Below, in pieces: positions 1 to 10,055 of a stretch of 64,000 nt of DNA. The notes beneath the pieces are model-generated. The model saw only the letters and a program-made list of their open reading frames with translations, searched no databases and had not been told where the DNA came from. The DNA is taken from contig CAWCNS010000007.1 in the NCBI GenBank assembly GCA_963796965.1, forward strand, positions 480,001 to 544,000, read 5' to 3'. Within the stretch, counting starts at the first letter, position 1, and every line of letters starts with the position of its first letter. Origin of the DNA: Calditrichia bacterium. Lineage in GTDB: Bacteria > Calditrichota > Calditrichia > JAJRVZ01. A program made the position numbers and the translations under genes.

Positions 1-396
1 GAAAATGACCATTATTTTGGCGCTCACTGTACGGCGCCAACAAAAATGCTTGGAGCCGATCAACCAGCCGAGCCTTATGCCCTCAGAAATCATGCCGAGG
101 CAGGATGGGGTGTTGTACCACGCGTATTAATGAGAGAGAACCAGGACGTGACGATTGCTAAATATCTGTCTTCCAAAAAAGATGAACAACCACAGATCTT
201 GCTTTATTCGGGCAAGACGGCGGGCTGCCCTCCAACTCCTCCTGCAGGAGGATGTCGGACCAATATCATAACGACCATTAATGAATTGGATGATATTGCC
301 CAATTAAAAGGCCACCATCTATGTATGATTTATGGCAATTATGTAAAAGAATTTAAAATTTTTAGTCAATTATACGAAATTGAGGTGGTTGTATAA
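1..396 (+). CDS. C-terminal fragment of an L-fucose/L-arabinose isomerase-like protein (5' end outside window)
   Basis: Frame 1 is open from base 1 (ENDHYFGAHCTAPTKMLG...GGCRTNI...GHHLCMIYGN). The AHCT, CRT and GHH..MIYG motifs resemble sugar-isomerase C-terminal domains. Confidence 0.55.
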   Translation, partial: ENDHYFGAHCTAPTKMLGADQPAEPYALRNHAEAGWGVVPRVLMRENQDVTIAKYLSSKKDEQPQILLYSGKTAGCPPTPPAGGCRTNIITTINELDDIAQLKGHHLCMIYGNYVKEFKIFSQLYEIEVVV

Positions 397-471
397 GTAA
401 TGTATATATAAACGTGTAAAATGTCTTTTAAAATTGGATGTGGTCTTTTATAATTTAAAAGGAGGCAAAAC

Positions 472-1185
472 ATGCCAGAAAAAGAGGCTGGATGTGCCCG
501 ACCAACAGGTGCTATGGTTGGGGAACCTTCCGTAAAAAACAAAAATGAAGAAGCACCAGAAAGGGTAAAGGAAATGGATACTGTAAGAGTGGGTTCCAAG
601 GCGCCTGATTTTCAGGCACCTGCTTATTACAAAGGGACATTTACTAATGTAAAATTATCAGATTTTTCCGGTAAATGGATTTTGCTGTGTTTCTATCCTG
701 GTGATTTTACCTTTGTCTGAGCGACTGAAGTGTCAGCGGTCGCTGCCAACTATGAAACCCTCCAAGATCTTGGCGTTGAAGTCATATCTGTAAGTGTCGA
801 CAGTCAGTTTGTGCACAAGGTTTGGAATGATCAGGAATTATCAAAAATGGCTGAAAAAGATGTGCCATTTCATATGGCATCTGATGGCCCGGGTAACGTC
901 GGTAGAATATACGGCGTTTTTGATGAAAACTCCGGTGTAGAATTTAGAGGACGCTTTATTATCGATCCCGATGGAACAATTCAGGCCATGGAAGTAATGA
1001 CGCCACCGGTTGGACGCATGTTAGATGAAACCATACGTCAAATACAGGCCTTTCAGCATGTACGCGCCACAAAAGGTGCCGAAGCATGTCCTGCTGGCTG
1101 GAAACCAGGTAAAAAAACATTAAAGCCGGGACCGGAATTAGTGGGCAATGTATGGAAAGTATGGAGTCCTTATAAAGATCATTAG
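472..1185 (+). CDS. prxU: Selenocysteine-containing thioredoxin-dependent peroxiredoxin (AhpC/PrxU type), UGA at 718-720 read as Sec
   Basis: ORFs 472-720 and 730-1185 share one frame and are separated only by TGA. Joined sequence FYPGDFTFV-U-ATE puts the TGA exactly at the peroxidatic Cys of the PxDFTFVCxTE motif; resolving-type ACPAGW is present; AGGAGG RBS before 472. Confidence 0.9.
730..749 (+). promoter_or_regulatory. Putative bacterial SECIS hairpin
   Basis: CAGC-GGTC-GCTG (734-745), extendable by G732-C747 and T731-A748. First loop G lies 18 nt after the UGA. Confidence 0.6.
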
Positions 1186-1272
1186 AATTTAGTTTTACCA
1201 CATCCAATTTAATTTTATATACTCAGACATCTGAAACAAACACTATAGGTTTTGGAGAACTGTTAAACTTGG

Positions 1273-1322
1273 TTTTAACTGCAAAGCAGTTAAATATGAA
1301 TAACTTCGGGTACAACCCGAAG
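1273..1322. repeat. REP-like double hairpin
   Basis: TTTAACTGC-AAA-GCAGTTAAA followed by CTTCGGGT-ACA-ACCCGAAG. Similar layout to 44960-45043 in the opposite orientation. Confidence 0.45.
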
Positions 1323-1726
1323 ACGTTATAAACTTATAGATAGCATAAACATATGCGTTATGCAATTTAAAGGCGCATAAGAAATTTAATGAATCTTTCA
1401 ATTACTATTGAAATTTGGTAGATTGTAATCCAATCAACTTATTCAAAGTCATACTTCTTATTAGATAAGCCCTAAAACAACCATTTATACTATTTTAAAG
1501 ACTTACATTACAATACTTTTATATAATTTTCTTATTCGAGATGACAATTAAATAATTAGAATGGCAAGATTTTATTATTCGGAATGAACCTGTCATTAAT
1601 ATCGTTAAATCCATAAATCTCACGATACTATTTAATTGGCAGATATTACATTCAAAATTAAGGGCCATTTTTATTTTTTCAAAGCATCAAAAATCATTAT
1701 TCTAAGTCATTTAACAGGAGGATACT

Positions 1727-2311
1727 ATGTATCGACCATTAATGAATCTATTTTTATCAATGACCTTTGTATTCTTTATCGTTTTCGCAGGTATTAACAC
1801 TGCGCAAAGTGAAGAGATAAGAGAGAGTCTACCTGCTTCCGTAACCCAGAGCCTGGGCGAGGATGCCAAAATTACCATTGATTATAGCCGGCCTGGTGTA
1901 AAGGGACGTACCATATGGGGTGATCTGGTGCCCTATGGAATGTATCCGGGTAACAAATCTTCAAAGGATAAACCCTATCCATGGCGCGCAGGTGCAGACG
2001 AGAACACAACCATCTCCTCAAACAAAGATTTGATGGTCGAAGGAAAAAAACTTCCTGCCGGAAAATATGGTATCCATATGATTGCATCAGAAAATGACTG
2101 GACTATAATTTTCAGTAAGAAAAACGAAGAATGGGGCAGCTATTCCTATGATGAAGCCAATGATGCCTTGCGTGTCATGGTTTCCCCTGTAAAAGATGCT
2201 CATCAGGAATGGTTATTATTTGGATTTGAAGACCTGGACGGAACTAAAATGACTGGCTATCTCCGTTGGGCCGAATTAAAAGTCCCCTTCAAGATAGAAT
2301 TGGCAAAATAA
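1727..2311 (+). CDS. DUF2911 domain-containing secreted protein
   Basis: Signal peptide; ITIDYSRPGVKGRTIWGDLVPYG and WRAGADENT motifs; AGGAGG RBS. Confidence 0.85.
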   Translation: MYRPLMNLFLSMTFVFFIVFAGINTAQSEEIRESLPASVTQSLGEDAKITIDYSRPGVKGRTIWGDLVPYGMYPGNKSSKDKPYPWRAGADENTTISSNKDLMVEGKKLPAGKYGIHMIASENDWTIIFSKKNEEWGSYSYDEANDALRVMVSPVKDAHQEWLLFGFEDLDGTKMTGYLRWAELKVPFKIELAK

Positions 2312-2544
2312 AATATATCAAGGTTAAAATTGGGGCTACTCCTCTTGCGTCCGATTTCTCAATGCTCTAAATTTTGTGTTCGAATTGGGTTAAATCATGG
2401 CCTGAATTTTTAAGATGTATAAAGCGTGGCGCATGGAGCATGGCGCAGGAATATTATTCTATAAATCCGCTATGCGCTTTGCGCTATGCCTTTGAACTTT
2501 GCAAAACCGCAAATTGCTTATTCTCTAAACCTGAAGGATCCGGT

Positions 2545-3612
2545 ATGCCCTTAGTTGCACATAAACCCCTACCTACATATGATCATCTGAGGGATAGTGG
2601 ACAGGAGATTTTAACTCTTGGAAATGCCCTTCAACAGGATATTCGTGAGCTTCATATCGGATTTTTAAATATGATGCCGGATGCAGCCTTAAAAGTTACA
2701 GAACAACAATTTATGCGCCTTGTTGGCAGTTCCAATCAAATCGCACAGTTTTTTGTACATTTATTTTCCATACCCGGTCTGTCAAGAGATGTAAAAACAC
2801 AGGAATATATCGAAGAGTTTTACATTTCCTTTGATCAGGTAAAGAAGGAAGGCTTAGACGCGCTCATCATAACTGGCGCGAATGTGGCTAATCCGGATCT
2901 GGAAGAAGAGCCATTCTGGGATCCTCTCCAGGAGGTTATCGATTGGGCAAAGGCAAATGTTACCTCTGTACTATGCTCGTGTCTGGCTACCCATGCGATT
3001 GTAAAGGCCTTGCATCATATTGACCGGCAACCACTCGAGAATAAACGTTGGGGTGTTTATTCACATAAAATTCAGTATCCTGACCATCCCCTACTTAGAG
3101 ATATCAATACCCGGTTTGATGTTCCCCATTCCCGAAACAATGATATCAGCAGGGCACAATTAGAGGCAGCGAATTTTAAAATTCTCGTTGATAGTGACGA
3201 CGGTGGTGTCCACATGGCTGTCAGTCCCGACCAGTTTCGGATGGTCTATCTTCAAGGACATCCCGAGTATGATCGCATCAGTTTGCTTAAAGAGTATAAA
3301 AGAGAGGTCTTTCGATTTATCAGCGGAGAACGTGATACCTACCCTCCCCACCCTGAAAATTATTTTGATGATAAAGCCGCTCTCATTGCAGATGAATACC
3401 ATAAAAAAATAATTGAGACCAGAGCAACAGTTAAAACAGCACCTGAATTTCCTGAAAAAGAGATGGAACCCCACCTCGACAACACCTGGCGCGACACTGG
3501 TAAGGCTATATTTAACAATTGGTTGGGACTTGTTTACAGACTCACTAATCTTGACCGCAAAAAGCCATTTATTGCTGATGTTGATCCGAATGACCCACTC
3601 TGCCTGGGATAA
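2545..3612 (+). CDS. metA: Homoserine O-succinyl/acetyltransferase (MetA family)
   Basis: LHIGFLNMMPDAAL, DALIITGA, catalytic Cys in CSCLATHA, PHSR and GHPEYD. Start placed at MPLVAH (2545); the upstream ORF extension runs through a repeat. Confidence 0.9.
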   Translation: MPLVAHKPLPTYDHLRDSGQEILTLGNALQQDIRELHIGFLNMMPDAALKVTEQQFMRLVGSSNQIAQFFVHLFSIPGLSRDVKTQEYIEEFYISFDQVKKEGLDALIITGANVANPDLEEEPFWDPLQEVIDWAKANVTSVLCSCLATHAIVKALHHIDRQPLENKRWGVYSHKIQYPDHPLLRDINTRFDVPHSRNNDISRAQLEAANFKILVDSDDGGVHMAVSPDQFRMVYLQGHPEYDRISLLKEYKREVFRFISGERDTYPPHPENYFDDKAALIADEYHKKIIETRATVKTAPEFPEKEMEPHLDNTWRDTGKAIFNNWLGLVYRLTNLDRKKPFIADVDPNDPLCLG

Positions 3613-3703
3613 GTTTTCAGATTATAATTATGAAAAGTAACGTAACTTATTTATCACAGTTCTGCTCAGAGAATTAGATAGTTCCTATTAAATTCTATCC
3701 AGG

Positions 3704-3801
3704 TGTCATCCTGAAAGGATCTTCCAACATTTAATGGGCATTGTTTACATTAAGAAAGATTCCTTTCCCGAGCCGGGATCTCGTTTCGGGACGGAATGAC
3801 A
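3704..3801. repeat. GTCAT...ATGAC palindromic REP-like element
   Basis: TGTCATCCTGAAAGGATCT...AGATTCCTTTCCCGAGCCGGGATCTCGTTTCGGGACGGAATGACA; close reverse-complement copy at 40349-40445. Confidence 0.75.
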
Positions 3802-3992
3802 AGTATGGCGAGCCTGTAGAAAATGACATATTTAATTGTATTTTCTGCCAAAATTTCTTTGACAAATTAATATACTCTATTTCCATTTTATTATTTTAAG
3901 ACATGTGCATATCTATTCGTGGTATTCTCCAGAAAAAAAACGAATTGGAGTTATCCAGCTACTATAATCAAAAATCAAGGAGTTAATCATAG

Positions 3993-5264
3993 ATGAAACA
4001 AGAAACGATACAATTCATAGTGGTTATGAAACAGATCCGACAACAAAAGCTGTTGCTGTACCCATATACCAAACCGTTGCCTACGAATTTGACAATGCCA
4101 AACACGGGGCAGACTTATTTAATCTGGAAGTCCCTGGAAATATATATACACGTATTATGAATCCGACAGCAGATGTTCTGGAAAAAAGAGTCGCTGAATT
4201 GGAAGGCGGAATCGCCGGCTTGGCCGTCAGTTCCGGAAGCGCTGCAATCAATTACGCCATTCTTACAATTGCTCAAAAAGGTAATAATATTGTTTCCGTT
4301 CCCCAATTATATGGTGGAACCTATACCCTTTTTGCCCATATGTTGCCAAGTCTGGGGATTGATGTTCGCTTTGCTGAGGATGACGATAATGCCGTCAAGC
4401 CTTGAAAAATTGATTGATGACAAAACATCTGCGGTCTTTTGTGAAACTATCGGCAACCCGGCTGGCAATATCGTTGACATTGAAGCGATTGCTACAATGG
4501 CCCATAAACATGGTGTTCCAGTAATCGTTGATAATACGGTCGCGACGCCCATATTAATCAAACCGATCGACTATGGAGTGGATATTGTCGTTCATTCCCT
4601 TACAAAATATATGGGCGGTCATGGCAATTCACTTGGTGGGGTAATTATTGATTCCGGCAATTTTCCCTGGGATAAACATCCCGAACGATTCCCAATGCTG
4701 AACTAATCCCGAGCCTTCTTATCACGGGGTTGTCTATACAGAAGCAATGGGGCCAGCAGCCTATATTGCCCGCACCCGAACGGTACCATTGCGTAATACA
4801 GGCTCAGCAATCAGCCCAATGAACGCTTTTTTGATTTTACAGGGGATTGAAACATTAGCTTTGAGAATGGAACGCCATTGTGAGAATGCATTAAAGGTGG
4901 TGAACTATTTGAAAGATCATTCTAAGGTTGCCTGGGTCAATTTTGCGGGTTTACCGGAATCTCCTTATTATAAATTGGCAAAAAAATATACAAATGGAAG
5001 ACCTTCTGGTTTGGTTACATTTGGTATTAAAGGAGGGTTTGATGCGGGCGTAAAGTTTTATGATGCGCTTCAATTGTTTAAAAGATTGGTAAATATTGGT
5101 GATGCAAAATCATTGGCGGCCCACCCCGCTTCCACCACCCATCGCCAGTTATCAGAAGATGAACTAAAAATGGCTGGTGTGACCGTGATATGATTCGTCT
5201 CTGTATTGGCATTGAACATATTGATGATATTATTGCCGATCTTGAACAAGCGCTTAATGTTTAA
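3993..5264 (+). CDS. metY: O-acetylhomoserine aminocarboxypropyltransferase (sulfhydrylase), about four apparent frameshifts
   Basis: Pieces in different frames give AVAVPIYQTVAYEF, GNIYTRIMNPT, HSLTKYMGGHG (PLP lysine), NIGDAKSLAAHPASTTH and MIRLCIGIEHIDDIIADLEQAL. Breaks near 4010, 4390, 4702 and 5186. Confidence 0.88.
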
Positions 5265-5269
5265 CTAAT

Positions 5270-5348
5270 CTTCGCGTCCTTCTCGTGAACTTTGTGAGAT
5301 TTCGTGACATTTGGCGATATCACGAAGTTCCACGAAAAAGACACGAAG
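5270..5348. repeat. TTCGTG/CACGAA trimer inverted-repeat element
   Basis: Several (T/C)TCGTG-like units followed by CACGAA units, directly after the metY stop. Confidence 0.6.
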
Positions 5349-5438
5349 CGTCACTTTAATTTTCTACAAATGTAAACAATTTTTACTATTTTATAAACAA
5401 CTGTTAACACATAAATATTTAACAAATAAAGTAGAAAA

Positions 5439-6143
5439 ATGTTGAAAACATACATCATACTCCTTGTCTTAATAACATCATCAATAATTAATTGTGGAGG
5501 GGAAAAGAGCCCGGCCAATCAAACTCGGACATCTGAAAGTAAAAACGTTTTCAGGATTTATCTGGTCCGTCATGCGCAAGCTTATAAAAATATTACACCA
5601 CGCCCTGATATGTCTCCGGAGAGGCTCGATTCTCTCACCCCTGAGGGGGAAAAGCAGGCCGCTGTTTTGGGAGATTTTTTAAAAGATAAATCAATTGGAA
5701 TAATATATTCTTCGCCTACCGGCCGCACAAAACAGACAGCGGAAGGCATCAGCAGGGTTATTAAAATATCAAAATCGGTAGTATTAGATAAATCTTTTGC
5801 ATCTTTGAGGAATGGTAAAACGCCGGAAGGTGAACCGGTAACGTGGTCCTGGCGTGTGGAACAATGGAAAAAAGGGCACGATCCACGGCCAAATGGCGGG
5901 GAATCTCTGGAAGATGGTCAAAAGAGGGTTGTTGAGAATTTGAAGCAACGCGCAAAAGAAGCGTCTGATCAAGCGATTGTTGTGGTAACACACGGGGATA
6001 TTTGCAGCGCGATTCTTGCCTATGCAAATAGTAGCACCATTACTTCGGCTTATGACGTGAATCGAGTTGATACCGGATCTGTTAGTGAAATCATTATTTC
6101 TGAGGGAGAATGGAAATCACTCAGCATGAATCTATTGCCATGA
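5439..6143 (+). CDS. Histidine phosphatase family lipoprotein
   Basis: IYLVRHAQ (RHG-like), SSPTGRTKQTA, GGES and VVTHG motifs; N-terminal hydrophobic stretch ending in Cys. Confidence 0.8.
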   Translation: MLKTYIILLVLITSSIINCGGEKSPANQTRTSESKNVFRIYLVRHAQAYKNITPRPDMSPERLDSLTPEGEKQAAVLGDFLKDKSIGIIYSSPTGRTKQTAEGISRVIKISKSVVLDKSFASLRNGKTPEGEPVTWSWRVEQWKKGHDPRPNGGESLEDGQKRVVENLKQRAKEASDQAIVVVTHGDICSAILAYANSSTITSAYDVNRVDTGSVSEIIISEGEWKSLSMNLLP

Positions 6144-6211
6144 TGGAAAATAAATTTAAACGGTTTGTGCTGTGATTTATATTTTTTAATAAATATTATA
6201 CTTGGAATGGC

Positions 6212-7250
6212 CTAAGTTATTTGGTTACCATAACCAATAATTAGGGTAGAAAGTATTAAAATAATCATACCCAGATACACAATACGCATTGTTTTAGCGC
6301 GCACTCCCAACCATTCTTTTGCAATGATGCCAAAAAGATTGCTAAAGAATATAACAAAAGCCATGTGAATGCTCCAACTGGTGAAATCGAAAATCCCCAT
6401 AAAGGTTGTACCCATTCCATAAAAGAAAAATCCTATATACCACATCAAACCCCCAATGATGCCAAATCCATAATTCCAGACTTGTTCCGGTGTCTTTTCT
6501 TTTACAAAATCACCAAAGGATTTATTTTTTATGCTCAAAACAATGCACCATATTGCATTTGCAATAAATCCGCTACCCATAACCAGAATAAATACGGGAG
6601 AATTTTGAAATATTGACGCTGTCCCTTGCTCCAGAGCCAGATTGGCAACAGGATGTCCTGCCTGAATACCAAAGGCGAAGCAAGCACTCATGATGCCGGA
6701 AAAAATGGCAATTAAAATCCCCTTAGTCAAGGCGAATTCTTTAATTGCTGCCTTTCTTTCGGCGTCAGAGAGTTCTTTTTCCTTCAGTGATCCGGCATAA
6801 CCAACAATACCAATTCCGCTAAGACAAATGATGACACCTAAAAGGATAATGAGCCCCGATGGCGTTGTATAAAGATTCATCACATCACCTGCATAGATTG
6901 GAGGAATAAGGGTCCCAAAAGAAGTGCAAAAACCAAGGGCTACAGACATACCCATTGACATACCGAGAAAACGCATGGTCATGCCAAAAGTTAGACTGCC
7001 AATTCCCCACAAAAACCCAAAAAGTGACGGATAGAAAAGTTGATCGAATGTACATTCTGAAAACAATCCTATGAGATCGGGTACAAGTAAAAAGGATAGG
7101 AGAATTGGCGAGATTATCCACGCCGTCACTCCCTGCAATAACCAGTATGATTCCCAGGTCCATCCTTTGATTTTAGTAAGTGGAAAATAAAAGTCTGCCA
7201 TGAAAAAAACCGCCAATACCATGAAGCAAAACGCCAAGAAATGGATTCAA
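6212..7250 (-). CDS. rhaT: L-rhamnose/proton symporter family (RhaT-like), one frameshift near 7194
   Basis: TTG start with GGAG RBS gives MNPFLGVLLHGIGGFFHG, continuing FYFPLTKIKGWTWESYWL, LFGFLWGIGSLTFG and SGIMSACFAFG; polytopic membrane protein. Confidence 0.82.
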
Positions 7251-7287
7251 GATTTACTCCTTGTAATTTGAATCAATTTTTTATTTA

Positions 7288-7423
7288 TTAACCACAGAGT
7301 TACCCCCGTAATACGCGGCGGGCCAGAAATATTCACGGAATTAATTCCTGAATAAATTGAAATAATATAATAATTTTAGATCTTTTTTTTATTCCGTGTC
7401 GTTCTGTGTTTTTCTGTGCTTAA
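7288..7423. repeat. CACAGAG/CTCTGTG trimer inverted-repeat element with an inserted GC hairpin
   Basis: AACCACAGAG...CCCCCGTAATACGCGGCGGG...TTCACGGAAT, AT-rich spacer, then ATTCCGTG..TTCTGTG..TTCTGTGCTTAA. Confidence 0.6.
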
Positions 7424-7431
7424 ATAAGTCA

Positions 7432-8568
7432 TTAAAACAGTTTTGACAAACTCACCTTAACCTTATCATCTCCGGGACTTTGAACAGATAAGATGGAATC
7501 ATCTATTTTTTTGGCTAAACTGCCAGCGGATTGGTACAAAGCAATGATATTTTCCAAGGGAGATCCCACCTGAATAGCATGGGTTGGGCCAAGAAATAGC
7601 CCACCATCTGGAAAAAGTTTGAGCCTGCGATTAACTTCATTCTTCACCTCATCCACTGTTCCCCAGGCTAATGTTGATTGCACACAAATACTGCCACAAA
7701 AGGTTAATCGATCCCCAAAATCTTGATTCAAAATCGCAATATCCATTTCGGGTGTCGTAGGTTGAACTACGTCATAAACATCAAGGCCCAGATCTATAAA
7801 CCTGGGCAGAAAATTGCGGACACAACCACACATATGCATGATACATCGGGCTCCATGACGATGAACCATATCAAAATATTTTTTAAATTTTGGTGCAAAG
7901 TGCTTTTCGAAAATTTCGATTGAAATGGTTTGTCCGGTTTGTGTCCCCAAATCTTCGCCAATATGCGTAAAATCAATAAGACCTTCAGCCGATTGGAGAA
8001 CCCGCTCATGCATTTCATAATAAAATTTGAAACGCGCTTCCATAATTTCAAGATAAACAGGGTCATCAGTTATCAAATCTAAAAGCACCTGCTCTGTACC
8101 GCGTGCACGGGCAATACTGTTAATAAAGTCCATATCTCCGGCAGTTCCATAACAGACGGCAAATCCGTCATCTAATATATGTTCACTTTGTTCCTTAATT
8201 GTAGAAAAATCAAACCAGCCAGCAGAGGGGAAATGGGAACGGTCAAGATCATCCAATGAATGAATATTTGCATAGGGAAGGTAACCGGCCTCGAGATATT
8301 TCCCACCTTCAAATTCAACGTATTTATACCGTTCGCCCCAATACCCTTCCACACTACCATCAGGAAAAGTTTTTAATTCAGGTCCAATATAGGTTGGATC
8401 CACATAACGAAAATCATCACCAACCACACGAAGGAGCTGTTCCATATTCTTAAGTCTGTAATAATTCATGATCATATGGTTTATTTCAGGTGTGCCCTCA
8501 TGCTTAACGGGAATACGATCATAACCTTTTTTATTGAATGCACTTAATACGCGGTCACGTGAAGTCAT
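7432..8568 (-). CDS. Uroporphyrinogen decarboxylase/MtaA-CmuA superfamily protein
   Basis: MTSRDRVL...DRIP start, GEDLGTQ, MHMCG (HxC metal motif), GSICVQSTL and PTHAIQ motifs. Confidence 0.8.
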   Translation of the reverse strand: MTSRDRVLSAFNKKGYDRIPVKHEGTPEINHMIMNYYRLKNMEQLLRVVGDDFRYVDPTYIGPELKTFPDGSVEGYWGERYKYVEFEGGKYLEAGYLPYANIHSLDDLDRSHFPSAGWFDFSTIKEQSEHILDDGFAVCYGTAGDMDFINSIARARGTEQVLLDLITDDPVYLEIMEARFKFYYEMHERVLQSAEGLIDFTHIGEDLGTQTGQTISIEIFEKHFAPKFKKYFDMVHRHGARCIMHMCGCVRNFLPRFIDLGLDVYDVVQPTTPEMDIAILNQDFGDRLTFCGSICVQSTLAWGTVDEVKNEVNRRLKLFPDGGLFLGPTHAIQVGSPLENIIALYQSAGSLAKKIDDSILSVQSPGDDKVKVSLSKLF

Positions 8569-8729
8569 CTTGCTCCTCTTTTTATAAATTTATTAAATTA
8601 AAATATATAGATGCCGAAATGAATTCGGCATGACAAATTTTATAAAACGACCTGCTACCCAGTCTTTTTAAGTTTACTTCTCCTTGCGATTACTTGAATG
8701 ATTAAAAATAATAAAAGTAAATCTTAATA

Positions 8730-9947
8730 CTATGACAGATCTTTTGTGAGCAGATCATTTGGCCCGCCCCACAGTTTATTGTCATCACACCATTTCCAGT
8801 CTCTCTCATTAATCTCCACATTAATCAATGGCAAGTCCTGGTTCAGCAGATCCGTGGTTTCCTGCCATGATTTTATACCGTTAACAGCGTCCAAAACCTG
8901 GAGATTTTCCCAACCTAGGATACAAGCATATTTCAAACATTTTTCGATTGGAAGCCGATGGAGAAATGCGGAAAGAAAACCTGAAATTGAAGAATCACCT
9001 GATCCTGTAGCACTGGCAATCTTTTTAACCTGAAAAGCAGGGCACCATAGTTCACGATTAGCCCAAGTCTCGGGGTTTTGGCCAGATTTATCGCAAAGAG
9101 ATTCAACTTTTGCCCTTGGCCCGGTTTTAAAATAAAATCCGCGATGTCCCGATTTAAGTGAAGTCATCCGGGTCCCCATATCAAGAAGTTGACTTGCAAG
9201 GTTTGAGTAATCGCTGGCTGATAAATAATCAATGATATCTGAACCTTTCTTGCTTTTCTTAATGTTCAGGTAAGATTCTCTCTCCAACATAAAGAAAATC
9301 TCCTCTATTGATGGTAAAAAAATATCGACATAGGGAAGGATGTTTTCTAATATGTTTCGCCAGTTTGCTTGTGCTGACTCTGAGCTTAAATCTGGTAGAG
9401 ACATATCACAGGAGGTTATCGCGCCAGCATCTTTTGCAATCTTGAACACATTTTTAAGTAAATTACCATCATCTTTATACATATTGGCCATTAAAGGCGG
9501 ATAACCAAAATGAAAATGACGACATCGATTCACCAATGTATAATCAATATCGTCTGAACTAAATAAATTATTTGTGCCCGGACTATGTAAAAATATCCTG
9601 TCTTCATTTGGTGGTGCAATTACAATTGTGTATGAGCTGGATTGATCTTTTACGACACGTATAGCCTCAGAATTTCCATATTTTTTCAAAAATGTTTCGG
9701 TAAGTTTTCCAAATTCATCATCACCAATAGATGCACAAAAACAAACGCTATGCCCCAGTTTTTTTAGACCTATACCTGTATTAGATACTGGCCCTCCCGT
9801 ACTTAATGTGTAATTGCCAATATTTATCAGTTTTCCAGGTAATAAGACATCCCGAATACTGCCAGCACCTCCATCCATAAACTTAGGAATAATATCAAAA
9901 CATACATGCCCCGCAGCCATCACATCAAAATCTTTAGTCATAAACAA
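8730..9947 (-). CDS. PfkB family carbohydrate kinase
   Basis: GGPVSNTGIGLKKLG and SATGSGDSSISGF PfkB signatures. Confidence 0.85.
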   Translation of the reverse strand: MFMTKDFDVMAAGHVCFDIIPKFMDGGAGSIRDVLLPGKLINIGNYTLSTGGPVSNTGIGLKKLGHSVCFCASIGDDEFGKLTETFLKKYGNSEAIRVVKDQSSSYTIVIAPPNEDRIFLHSPGTNNLFSSDDIDYTLVNRCRHFHFGYPPLMANMYKDDGNLLKNVFKIAKDAGAITSCDMSLPDLSSESAQANWRNILENILPYVDIFLPSIEEIFFMLERESYLNIKKSKKGSDIIDYLSASDYSNLASQLLDMGTRMTSLKSGHRGFYFKTGPRAKVESLCDKSGQNPETWANRELWCPAFQVKKIASATGSGDSSISGFLSAFLHRLPIEKCLKYACILGWENLQVLDAVNGIKSWQETTDLLNQDLPLINVEINERDWKWCDDNKLWGGPNDLLTKDLS

Positions 9948-10055
9948 TCCTTACGATTTTAATTGCACGTTGACAAATTAACTTTTTATTGATATAAGTG
10001 TACATCCATATGTATTCAAGAATCGCAGATACACCGAGGTTTCGAAAAATCAAAA

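Noticed and set aside
2374..2544. 57-aa N-terminal extension of MetA in the ORF track
   Set aside because: It runs through a heptamer/inverted repeat; family similarity begins at MPLVAH (2545).
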